Shown: piece after piece, positions 1-12,400 of the stretch
How positions within the stretch are numbered: position 1 is the first letter of the stretch
Layout of the letters: each line of letters starts with the position of its first letter
Assembly: GCF_036971445.1 (NCBI RefSeq)
Contig: NC_091479.1
Coordinates: forward strand, 80,228,001-80,292,000
Direction: 5' to 3'
Source of the DNA: Narcine bancroftii
Taxonomy: Eukaryota
Length of the DNA: 64,000 bases
Program-made: the position numbers and the translations under genes
The notes under the pieces: generated by a model
Seen by the model: the letters and a program-made list of their open reading frames with translations, nothing else
Database searches by the model: none
Told to the model about the DNA's origin: nothing

Positions 1-3000
1 AGCCTCAGTGGGAATGGCATTGGCCTAAAAAAAATCTGTTGCAATAATAAGAATATTTAGGCCCTGTTTAATGGTAGATATTCAAGAGGACCAGAATGAT
101 GACAATATTGTGTGCTGCTCCTTATCGCTCTGGCCGCTTCACCCATCCTTGCTTTCTGACAGCCTTCCTCACTTTTGGACTCAGGCAATCTTTATGTGTG
201 CACTTGGTCTTGATGGTGCTACACAGAGAACCTTTAACTAATTTGGGACTGGAAAATGGATTAAAATGGAGAAATAAATCCAAAGGAAGTTCAAGAAGAA
301 TTAATAGAATGTTTTTAGACCGTAAGACCAAGAGAATACAAGGCCTAAGATAAGTTAGCCGTGTGCGTATGTAAACAGAAAAACATATTAAACAAGGCTC
401 GTGTGCTGCAGGTGCAGTCAATCCCATGGGATTGCAGCATTGTGACAATAATACTGATCTGGATTCAAGGGTAGGAATATATTTTAGAATTTTAAAAATA
501 GGAGAAGGTGCTGACCATTTAGCCCCTCATGACTGATCTTCTGTCTCAACACCATTTTCTTGCCCTAAGCCACAAATCCAGTCACCCCTTTAATACACAG
601 CAATGTATTGATTTATTTTTGGAATGCAAATAATAACTGAGCTTTCATGATTCTCAGAGTTAGTAAATTCAAAGAACTACCACCCCAAGTGAAGACATTT
701 CTCCCTTCCTTTACTTTGAAACTGTGACCCCCCCCCCCCCCCACCAAGTTCTAAAATGTCTCTGTTTCCATCTTAGAATTTTATTTGCCCCTTCCTTAGG
801 AAAGGAGACCAAAATAGTTCTCCAGGTGCAGTCCCACCTAAATCATACAGTTGTGAGCCTTCCCTTGACCAGTGCTACAAGGACCAGTTTACCTTCCAAA
901 TGCCTGTATGCATGTTATTTCCCAGATTCTCATATACGGTGAAAGCCAATATTTCCTAATCTCTCACTATTTAATAATCATTCAGCAGTTGTTTTTATTT
1001 TCACCAAACTCTAATATTCAGCATGCACTGGAAAAAGGAACCATGAATGCAAGTATTAAGATGATTATTGTAGATGAGATCATTGTACACACAAGTACAG
1101 TGAACATATGCACGTAAACTATTTTGCTGCAGCTACATATATATACAAAATGCACTAATAAAGCATAAATTACCACACGAGGAAAATATCCTTGAGGATA
1201 AATATTCACCATTGCAATTAGTCCATAAAAAATTGTCATGCTCAAAATAGAGGACATCATGGAACAAAGATACGAGGTACAAATACACTATTGTGTATTC
1301 TGGGGTTATTCTGAAGGTTGCCAAATAGTGGGAAGAACATTGTGGAGTAAATTTGTTGGGAATTGCAAAATATGCAAAAGCCAGAGAGCAGTAATAATTG
1401 GGAACTTCAACTATTCAAATATGGAATTGAATAACAATTCCACAGAAAGGGCAAAGGATTCCTGAATTCTGTTCAGGAGAACTTTCTTGATCAATGTCTT
1501 CCTGGCCCAATGACCATAAAAACAAATGCTGGAAACATTACCAGGTTAGGGAGGATCTGAGAAGAGGAAAAAAAAAACCAGAAGGACTGAAATGATATCT
1601 TGGCTTCTCTTCCTAGCTGATTGTTTCCAGTATTTCCATTTTTCAAATTTCCAGTGTATGTAGTTTTTGATTTTCATTTACTGAAGGTAATTGGTATTAA
1701 TGAAATTAGCAGGCTAATGAGGAAGTATCAGTGGGAGAACATTCAAAAAATCATAATATCAATAGATTTAGCATTGGCAGGAGGAAGGGACTATAGCCCA
1801 CTTTATTTTTATTTATTTTGCATGGCAAATGCATAGTGTCCAGAATGCACTGCTAGAGGTAGCATTTGAAGCAGAATTGATTACATTCAAAAGGGAAAGA
1901 ATTTTCAGGACTATGGGAAGAGAGTTGGGAAGTAGGACTAACTGGGTGCTGTAATCATTTTGTGATTCTTTGGAGGTGATGGAGACAATAACATATGGCA
2001 ACTGGCAAGCAATTGTGTGGCTACTTTTGCTTTAGCTTGTTTGTTTAAATAAAATTACTGATGCATGTGGAATGTGAATTATAGTTAAATTTGCAAACTT
2101 AATGATGTTTTCTAACCACCAGCTGACTACATTGTGATGCAGTTTGGACGAGTGGCAGAAGATGTTTTTACAATGGACTACAATTATCCAATGTGTGCAC
2201 TACAGGCTTTTGCAATAGGATTGTCCAGTTTCGACAGTAAATTAGCATGTGAATAAGGACATCAGTGGTTGCAGAATACCACTTTTTAAAGAAGGAAATG
2301 AAGGGACACATCAATGAAGTACCCCAGAAAAAAAAACTGGTTTTGTTGCAATCATGCAAATACATTTGCTATGGAATTGGTTTCAATCAAAAATTTAAAC
2401 AAAGAATAAAATAAAAATTCTGCAAATGTTAGAAATAGTTTCCCATATAACCTAATAATCATGATGTTAATTAGGCTTTTAATGGTCTACATTTTGCATT
2501 GTTGTACTTGAACAAGATATGTTGCCAAATTGTAGTGTGGACTTCAAGATCATTATTCACATTTGCTCAGAGAACCAAAATGGGACCATTCTAAAACTAG
2601 GATCCAATTTGGTTTTGGAAGTTACAGGAAGGATTCCCTTAAATTATGTCACAAATAGATGGCTGAAATAATTTTTGGAACTACTATTTTGATCCAAATA
2701 GCCTTGTTTACTCTCTTTTGTATCCCTCCTTTATTGGAGGCAATGTTAATATTGCCAGAGCTCAATTCCAAAGACTGCAGTGCCTCCTGTGCCTTGTTGC
2801 ATTAATCATTTCCCAAGTTGCCCCTAGAAAGTAAAAAGATATTCATCCAGTATCCACAGAAAAAATCAACCAACAAGACATGGCAGATCATTAACAGGAT
2901 GAAGAGTTGTCACTGGAGATAATGGTATCATTTAATTGGCACAAGAGCTGAGCATGTCAGGGTCTTTGCCCTTTCTTGTAACTCTCTCATGCACCTTGAT

Positions 3001-3362
3001 ATTTTTTTTTGTCATATACAGTACATATTGAGGCATGATATTTGTTACATAGAATTCAAAAGAGATCTGATTATCAGATCTGGCCCCATGTTGTAATTTG
3101 AATGATAGATTTAAAGATATTATCCACTTAAACATTCAATTTTTGCACATTGGCTGAGCTGTAAATTTCATTGAACCGGTTAAAGAAGCCATTGTTAACT
3201 GGTTCTCTGCTTCCTTACATACTCACCACCAGGCACCTGAGTGACACATTGAGTGATGGCAGGCCTGGCCTTCAGAATTCTGTGCGGCAGAGAAACCCCT
3301 TCATAAGAGCTCCGTGCATGCAGCCGTTTCTCTGACAGACGGAAATCTGGGAGGGCAGGTCT

Positions 3363-3388
3363 TCTCTCTCTCTCTCTCTCTCTGTCTG

Positions 3389-3428
<40 letters not shown>

Positions 3429-3438
3429 TCTCTCTCTC
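3363..3438. repeat. (CT)n/(CTGT) microsatellite
   Basis: Directly visible. Confidence 0.95.
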
Positions 3439-3747
3439 ACTCCCCCGTCTTTATAAATTTTCTACCTATGTCTTTTATTGCTGCTACCACTTTCCCACAG
3501 TTCTTTATAAATTTATATAGGTCCAGGCAACAACAGGGGCTGAAGGGCTCATACTATGCTGTACATAATGCTTAATGTTATAATTAGGCATGATTAATTT
3601 TATTTAAATACAAGATCATAATAAATTGATCAGGACTTGGTAAATTGATACAAACTTTATACATTTTAAATCTTTTGTTTCCTTCAAGTTCCTGCACTCA
3701 CGCAAAAATGTCATCAGCGCATTACTACTTTGTCCCTGGATAGTCCA

Positions 3748-3920
3748 TGTTCCTTTCACACTGGGCTAATCAGCACGCAGCTGTCAGATGACTCTAGGGA
3801 TGATACACCCTACCTAGACGGTCCATCCCCGGGGTGATTTGATGCCTAAATGCTGATTCGTGAGTGTTCACACTGGCTCTTTAACTGGTATATTGGCTGT
3901 GTGCCAGCGTGAAAGGGGCA
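3748..3920. mobile_element. Small MITE with CCTTTCACACTGG termini (Harbinger-like)
   Basis: CCTTTCACACTGG (3752-3764) vs CCAGCGTGAAAGG (3904-3916) is a 12/13 inverted repeat; an internal TTCACACTGG copy lies near 3867. The superfamily call is inferred. Confidence 0.45.
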
Positions 3921-6900
3921 ATTGAGACATTTCATGCAGGAGATCAAAGCTTATTTTGAGTCAATTCCTTTGTAGAACAAAGGGCTTGTGCATTATTTTT
4001 TGTTGCTTGCATCAGCTGTAAAAAAAATAGAAACTGAAAAAAATCTTGCTATTTCAACAGCAGAAGGTCCTTAATCATGTAACATTACTGTCACTGTGAT
4101 CATTCTATATTGCATTCCTCAAAAACCATCTTACAGAGATCCCACTTAATTGGAATGTGAATGACCTGTGTTTATAGGTAGGTTGGTCGTTCACACGGAA
4201 CCAAGAAAAGCCAGGTCAGGAGCCGATGCGAAATGCATCTGCTCTGATGCTACCTATCATGCCTGGCAATACATGGAATGAAAATGAAAACCCCTCCCCA
4301 ATCCCGCAGTGAAGCAGTATACACAGCAGTTAATTTTTTTTTTAAAACTGCTCTGTGTTCTTGCCTTAAAACACATTAATGCTTTGTGGTCTTTTGTGAA
4401 AAACTCTAGCTTAGGTGTTTGTGATGTGATACTCTCCTACCTGGGCATTATCTTCTGTATGTTCCATTGTTAATGTTGTCCGTATGATTTGTAGAACCTA
4501 TTTTGTTTCCTATATGACAAGCTCAAATGTGTCTGTAATGTATGCTTAAGCCTGTGCTCAGATCTCACTGGTCCATCAATTTGTGTTGCATTTGTTTGAT
4601 GTACTTACTGCAGCCTATGTGTGGTATTTATTTGTAATGTGCTTCAGTTTGTTTGTTACAACTGTATAACTCATTGTACTAAGTATACTCTATTTATATA
4701 ACTTGGGATATTATGGCAAAATGAATTCAGTTAACTACATTTTAAAAGGAGGGTTTTACTTTTTAAACCTGATCATTTTTATAAACATATATGCTTTAAT
4801 TTTTAATCAAATATTATTTGCAGCAAAATCACTCAACATATTTTGCCACAATCATGGATAACATTCACTGCCTTTATGATGTCTGCACCACATCCATACT
4901 TGCACACCTCAATATGCCATTGTGATTTTGGTTTTTATTGATTTGTATCTGTATTGTGAAGCCATTGTGTGATATTCTAATGTATATCAACTGTGGAAAG
5001 CATGTTTTTATAAATTAAGCAAATATAAATGAAAAGGTGTGTTTTTATTGTGATTTGAAAAATAATTTGTGTGGTGAAACTTTGAAAGTTGTCATTTTTC
5101 TGTGAATACCATTTACACAGGTTTAATTTTTTTCAAAGGTTGACAAAGACTATTTTGCATTGCTTTTACATTTACTTTAGAGGCTTTTGATGTCAGAAGG
5201 TAAAAAGGGAAATAGATGTATGTATTTTTATTTCCAGGAGGCATCTCTTATAAACCATGATGGTATGGCTGACTAATTGGATTAGAAGTGTTGCATTGTT
5301 GTACAGCATCTCGGCTGACCATCATGCCTACCCTCTTGCCTTCATTAATTCCATATTCCCCTCTGCATTTGAGTACCTGTCAAGATGTCGTTAATGTATT
5401 TATTGTTCCTACCTCTACCTCCTCAAGCAGCTCATTCCAGATAAAAACCTATGGCCTCTAGTTTCAGATCCCCGCCTCCAACAGGGGAAGCAGACTCTGT
5501 TTAGTTTATCTATGCCTCAATTTTCTGAATCTCTATCATCTTTTAGTCTCCTGCACAAATTAATGTGTCTGTCTTGGGCCAATAATCATGAACTTCACAA
5601 TAAAACAAGGATTACAGAAGAGAAAAATAAACATTAAAAAGCAAGAAATGGATGGAATTTAAAGTTTGCCATGAAGTATCTGTTTTTGAGGCAGATACAC
5701 CATAACATCATTGTGAGGGAATTGTGTGCAATTTGTAGTACATGATCAGTCACTTGGTTTGTATTTATATCTAATAAAATTTGTTTTTTTGTTCTAATTT
5801 TCAGCATCCTTGCCAACCCTTTATCATGCCTCAAGTATTTTCATAAATGGTTCCTTAAAGACTGCCAATTATGGAAAAAACACTGAGAAGAAATCTATCA
5901 AACAGGTGCCTGGGGTTATTTCTTCAAATTGACATGTACTGGCTGCATACATAAAGCAAATGCTCATTGTGTAAGAGTTATTCTAAATTCATTTGTAGCT
6001 ATGTTTTGAAGGAGTAGATCACACATATTCAACACCAGAAATAGGTTCAACAGTTTTCCTTTTTTTTTAATGCTGAAGCCATGACGACAAATGCTGGTCC
6101 TGGCACTAGAATCAGTGAAAAGTCACAATGGTGTTTGAAACGTGAGAACAAGATGGAAGGAGGAACAAAGTCTGCTCAAGTTATTTAATTATATGGGTTT
6201 AATCAGACCAAAACCTAGGTGTGGGTTCAATGTAGTTCTGGAAACACTTCCAGTGTCTGTCCATCTGAGAACCGTGGAAATGTCCCTCCAAGCAGGTTGA
6301 AAACTGGTGGGATGTGCTTCAACCATGCTGGCTGAAAATGAGAGACTTAAATACAAAAAAGGAATCAAAAGATATGGGGATTGAGAGGGATGGTAAGGAA
6401 TAAGAGGAGTCGGCCTCTCAAGCCTGTTGTGGACTATGAAACAAGTTCAAATGTGACCTAAGTGACAAACCGTGCTCATTATATCCTATTTTTGGTTTCT
6501 ATTGTGGAATTGTTCCATTCTTTGTCATTTACTTTGACAAAATAAAATCAGTCATTGACATAGAATCTGGAGCAAACACCACATAGTGAAGGAATTATTA
6601 ACCCTTTCTCACCTGAATCCACCTATTGTTTGTAGCTTATGGTATACCCCTCCACCTCTTAAACTGCCCATACCCTTCTTTCAATCTAGATTAATTGTCT
6701 CATCCCAAAACATTATCTATTCACACCCCCCCCCCCACCACAGCTGCCTGACCTGCTGAATTTCTCCAGTAGTTTCTTTTGGTCCAGCTATTGACATGGT
6801 CCTGTTAATGAATATTTTTCTCCTCATACAATACATTTCTATTTCTTTTTCATTGCAAATTCTGGTTGGTGGTACTACAGCCCCCAAAGTTGGAAAGTAC

Positions 6901-7939
6901 CTGCAAAATTATTGGAGGCTTTGGTGGCAACTAAGATTCTTTTTAGTAGAACAGAAGAAAAAGAGGTGACTATAAGGTTTTTGCTCTCCATGGTGACCTG
7001 TTCACTGTCTATCATTACATCTCGGGGTCATTCTCCACACACCCACTACAGCTCTGCATCGTGACAATAACACAAATCTGCAAAAGAATAACAGCAGCTG
7101 CATTTCTACTATTGCTTACATGTGGCAGGAGAGAAGGTATTGTAGAAAAATTCTGATCAGGGAAATTCTGTGCAGAATTCTTGAGCCAGCCAGTTTCAGC
7201 TTTCCCTAACATGTCCCCCTTGTTTCACATGTGACTGCCCAATTGTAAATGAGATTAGAATTGTGAAGGAAAAATATACAAAAACAGAAAATAAATGGAA
7301 AAGAAACAGGAAGCATATGGCCAGATCAATCACAACCTAAGGATTGAGCAGGCAATTTAATGTTTTACGTGAACCAAAAAAAATGAAATGGGCCTCTCCA
7401 GGGTTAGGAGAGTGATAGGAGTGTAAAGGAATTTAACTGATTATCTAAAAACTATAATGGGGATGGCTGAAAACTATTACAGATAATAGAAAACAAATGA
7501 AATATGAAGAACATTTGGTTAGGTAAGGCAATTGAAGCATAATACTGAAATGCAAGTAACCAGTACAAGGAAAAACAAGACAAAGTCCTTTATCACAAAC
7601 TCTGTCAACACTGAACATTCCAAGCTAGTGTTTTGGTGAACAGTGAAAGAAATCTTTCCAAGATCAAAAACCAAAAATGTCCCCGCTAATGGGAACCTAG
7701 TTCTAACATTTTCTTGCCAGAATATTTTTAAATTCTCATTTCCATTTTGTGTTGTTTTTATGGATGTCTGTGTCTTGAAATATATTTTCCAATCTCAAAA
7801 TTACCTGCATCATACATGCATGGAAAATATATTTTCTAAAACCAATTTATTTCAAAGAACTAGAAAACATGCATACTTTGTACAAAATGTTACATTTTAA
7901 AGTACTTGCATCCTGTAAATGATAAGTATTTGCATATAT

Positions 7940-8493
7940 ACTGTATATACTCATGTAATTTTCAAATTTTTTGGACCCTATTTTCAGGCCATAAAAGAAG
8001 GGATTGACTTTTACACAGATCAAACTTCTGACCTTGTGAAGTACTTGCGTCGTTCATAGCGTTGGGAGCTCAGATGGCCAGGACTGGGTAGTAAGTCCAC
8101 AGTTGGGGCGTTGGGAGCTCAGATGGCCAGGACTGGGTAGTAAGTCCACGGTTGGGGCGTTGGGAGCTCAGATGGCCAGGACTGGGTAGTAAGTCCATAG
8201 TTGGGGCGTTGGGAGTTCAGATCAGTCGGCTCTGGGGAGGGGAAGATCCACAGTCAGGAATTCAGCTGGGGAGAGGATCCACGGTCGGGGATTGAGGCGG
8301 GAGGCCAAGGTCAGTGTCCACTGTCGGGTGTCAGGAGTTTGGATGGGTAGGCAGTTGGGGCTAAAAATAGGGGGATTGACTTTTACATGGGTCAAACAAC
8401 TGATTTTCGGGCCAAACAACTGATTTTCGGGCCAAAAAAGGGGTTGACTATTACATGGTATCGACAATTACGGGAAGGGGTTTATATGGTATA
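7940..8493. mobile_element. Tc1/mariner-pogo-like MITE carrying internal tandem repeats
   Basis: Ends TA-CTGTATATA... and ...TTTATATGG-TA; repeated subterminal GGGATTGACTTTTACA motif; absent from the paralogous site near 33400. Confidence 0.55.
8059..8222. repeat. 49-bp minisatellite, ~3.3 copies (plus a 20-bp duplication at 8393-8432)
   Basis: Unit GCGTTGGGAGCTCAGATGGCCAGGACTGGGTAGTAAGTCCAYRGTTGGG starts at 8059, 8108, 8157 and 8206. Confidence 0.95.
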
Positions 8494-8774
8494 TTTTAGT
8501 GTAAAGGATACACTATATCAGGAGATTTGCTGCTCATTAAATTAAATCTAGAATGAATATTATTTTCTCTAGGGTCAGGAATATGTCCTTGTGGCCATTT
8601 CAATATTAGATGCTGTGTATAGAAATATTCTGGGTTTTTTTTAAAGAGCGATGCACTGCAACCTGTTATGGTAAAGTTTATGTATGTCTTTGTAAGTTCC
8701 TGTATAGCTATGAAAGTTTAATAACTACAGCAATGGACAGTAACCATGGATATGCTCACCAACCAGCTGGGTGC

Positions 8775-9400
8775 AAGAAGGCAGTGGAGAGGAGCTTCAG
8801 CAAGCTGATTCCAAAGTTAGCCTATGAGGAGTGATTGAGTGAGCTGGGATTATACTCACTGGAATTCAGAAAAATGAGAGCGGATCATAGAAATATAAAA
8901 TTATTGAAAGGGTTGGACAAGATAGAGCCTAGACCTCCCTTCTCTCGTCTTTTAATTAAGAAGCCTGTCGTGATTCTTGCTTGGAAGAAGGGATCAGGCC
9001 TGAAATGTCAGTAATATATCTTTACCTCCTATGTGATATTGTGAGACTAGCTGAGTTCCTTTAGTATTTCTGTAATTTTTTAAAGACAAGATAGAGTCAG
9101 GAAATTTGTTTTCACTGGCAGATGAGACTAGAACTAGGGATCATAGCCTCAAGATTTGGGGCAGTAGATTTAGCATGGAGGTGAGAAGGTATTGTTTTCT
9201 CAGAGAGTAGTCCATGTGGAATTCTCTGTCCAAGGAAGCAGAAGAGGCTGGCTCATTAAATATATTTAAGACATAGTTAGATTTTTGCATAGCAGAGAAT
9301 TAAAAATTATGAGGAAAATGTGGTTACATGGTGTGAAATCCATTCCGAGATCATTATTATTGCATGCTGGAGCAGATTTAATGGGACAGATGGCCTTCTG
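8775..9400 (+). mobile_element. CR1 LINE 3' fragment interrupted by a short Penelope-tail insertion (8928-9084)
   Basis: CR1 3' signatures (TATGAGGAG..TTGAG..GCTGGG, TGGAATTCTCT). The insert is flanked by the 12-bp TSD GACAAGATAGAG (8916-8927 and 9085-9096). Confidence 0.7.
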
Positions 9401-9439
9401 TTCTGCAAATTTGGCTACAATAAGCATGGTTCTGTCATC

Positions 9440-12400
9440 TCAAGTCAAGTTTATTGTCATCTGACTGCACAAGTACAACCTGACGAAACAGCATTCTCTG
9501 GTCCTTGGTGCAAAGCACACAGATACACAACCAGACGTAATGCCCATACAGACAAACCATACAGATGCAGGAGAGTATTCATATATACAAATAAATACTG
9601 TTTTGTAAATTTGAGAGTCTCAGATTGTTAGTATGAGCAGTTCATTTGATGGTTCAGCATTATCACTGCCAGTGGGAAGAAGCTGATCCTCGGCCAGCTC
9701 TGATGCTCCTGTGTCTCTTTCTCAACAGGAGCTGCTGAAAGGTGCAGGGTGGAAGGGACAACTGCAGCAACTGTACCACATGTAATGTAACTGGCCAGGC
9801 TGCTCTCGGTCGAGCTCTTGTAGAATGATGACATAATGGTGTCTGGTAGCCTTGCCCGCTTCAGTCTTCTCAGGAAGTGCAGTCGCTGTTGCACCTTCCT
9901 GACAAGTGAGATTTGTGTCCACAATAGGTCACGAGTCAAGTGAACTTCAAGGAATTTGGTACTCTCCACTACAATTATTGATGTGTAGTGGAGGGTGGTC
10001 GTTCCTGGTCTTCCTGAGGTCCATGATTAATTATTTCCTTCACCTTGGTAACGTTGAAATTCAGGTTGTTACTCTTGCACTATATCAGGAGATTTTCCAC
10101 CTCTTCTCTGCAGTGCGACTCCTTGTTATTGCTGAAGAGGCCAATTACTGCAGCAAACAATGACACAGTTGGAACTGGATCTGACTGTGCAGTTGTGGGT
10201 CAGTAGCATGAACTGGAGTGGGCTCAGCACACAATGCTGAGGTGTGCCCGTGCTCACCGTGATGGTGCTCGATGTTTTACCACTGACCTGGAGAGACGAG
10301 TCTTTCCGATAGGAAGCCCAAAATCCAGCTGCAGAAAGGGGTTTTGAGTCCCAATGAAGACAGCTTCTCCACCATCCTCTGGGGAATGATCATTTTAAAT
10401 ACGAAACTCAAGTTGATGAATAATAGCCTCCAGGTGGCAGGATGGTGTGAAGGGGCATGATTATAGTATCATCTGTGGAATGGTTTCTTCTATATGTGAT
10501 TTGAAATGAGTCTAGCATCTTCGCTCTGGGTGGTATGCTTTGATCAGGGTCAGTCTCAAGGGGAGGCATTCACTGGGATCCCCCTGTAGTGCGCGTCGAA
10601 AGAACCAAAGACTTGTTGATCCAAACCAAGGCTTTTATTAACTAAAAGACTGAAGCATATCACAAGTAGGTCAACCAGTCCAGAATGAACTGGTCTGGCT
10701 AGGAGCAATCCTTTAAGACCTGCCAGTAGGTGTGACTACACTCTCAGCCAATCACAGTCATCCTACACTACAATCTGTACATATACACATTGGTGATAGA
10801 ATGTGTACTATCATATTCACCTCTTCTTTTAGAACCAACCCCAGGGTGGATGGAGGTTAGGGGCTGTACTGGTCAGGGGGCCTGACCATCCGGCGTGACC
10901 GCCAGGATCAGAGTCACTGGAGTTGTGTCGCCGGCAGGCCCATTGGGTGTGGCCACTGCTTCGCTCAATTCCTCAATGGCATTGTCAACAGTCTGTCCTG
11001 AGCTAGTGGGGTCCCTCTGTTCAAGCACATGACCTGGGGGAGAAGGAATAGGGGGAGGTTGGGTTAAAGACACTGCTGCGCCTGATCTGGCTTGGGCTAG
11101 GTCCCTTACCGAGACTGTCCTCCCGCCCGTCTGGGTACTCAACATAGGCATAATGCGGGTTCGCGTGGAGCAGAGTCACTCGGTCAACCAAGAGGTCGTT
11201 CTTTGAGGACTGGAGCGGGAACCGTGAGCCATGCCGGTATGGTCGTAATGGTGGCATTATCTCTTTTGACTTGCCCATTATCGCGTGGGTTATAGCTGGT
11301 CCTGCTTGAAGCAATACCACGCTCCAGAAGGTACTGCTGCAGCTCTGGGCTCATAAACGAGGACCCCTTGTCACTGTGGATGTAACTGGGGTACCCGAAG
11401 GTGGTGAAGATGCTGTGCAGGGCCTCTATAACTGAGGAGGCAGTCATGTCCGAGCAGGGCACAGCGAATGAGAAGCGGGAGTACTCGTCGATAGCTGTAA
11501 GGATGTAGGTGTTACGGTTGGTCGATGGTAGAGGCCCCTTGAAGTCTACGCTGAGACGCTCAAAGGGGTGGGTGGCTTTGATGACGTGGGTGTTCTCCAG
11601 TTGGAAGAAGTGAGGCTTGCACTCAGCGCACATCGGGTCATGGAGCGAATCTCCTCGACTGTAGGGCAGGTTGCGAGCTTTGACAAAGTGTGCGAACCTA
11701 GTGACCCCTGGATGACAGAGCTCCTCATGGAGTTTCTGCAGCCTGTCCAGTTGTATGTTGGTGCAAGTCCCCCTGGAAAGCACATCTGGCGGGTCGTTGA
11801 GTTTACCAGGCCGATACGGTATGTCATAATTAAAGGTGGAGAGCTCGATTCTCCACCTGGCAATTTTTGTCATTCTTGATCTTACCTCATTGGGTATTGC
11901 TAAACATGAAGGAGACTGTGCATTGGTCAGTCAGCAGTGTAAAGCGCCTGCCAGTGAGGTAGTGTCTCCAATGATGTATTGCTTTGACTATGGCCTGGGC
12001 ATCCTTCTCAACAGAGGAGTGTTGGCTCTCAGGACACTGGAGGGTTCTGGAGAAGAAGTCTACCAGCCGGCCGCCCTGGTTCAAAGTGGCTGCCAGTGCA
12101 AAGTCAGACACATCGCTCTCGACTTGGAATGGAATGGACTCATCGATGGCATGCAGCGTTGCAGCAGCGATGTCCGATTTGATGTGGTTGAAGGCTGCTC
12201 TGGCTTCGGTTGACAGGGGGAAGGAGGTGGTCTTGATTAGTGGCCGTGCCTTGTTGGCATAGTGTGGAACCCATTGGGCATAGAAAAAGAAAAAACCCAG
12301 GGAGCGTCTGAGTGCCTTCTGGGTGTGTGTGGAGGGAGGGGGGGGGCAAGTCCATGAGGGGACGCATGCAGTCAGGGTCTGGCATGACCACCCCCGTTCT

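Noticed and set aside
3195-3520. RE-rich and SL-rich ORFs
   Set aside because: Translations of the (CT)n microsatellite.
4130-4300. Match to 33572-33731 suggesting the duplication extends further left
   Set aside because: Out of collinear order with the other blocks; better explained as an interspersed repeat.
4320-5230. AT-rich, TE-poor stretch resembling the 3' UTR of an upstream gene
   Set aside because: I could not identify a coding exon or clear polyA signal to anchor it.
8059-8222. Regularly spaced repeats that could be taken for a CRISPR array
   Set aside because: Head-to-tail 49-bp units with no unique spacers, inside a MITE in vertebrate DNA, with no cas genes.
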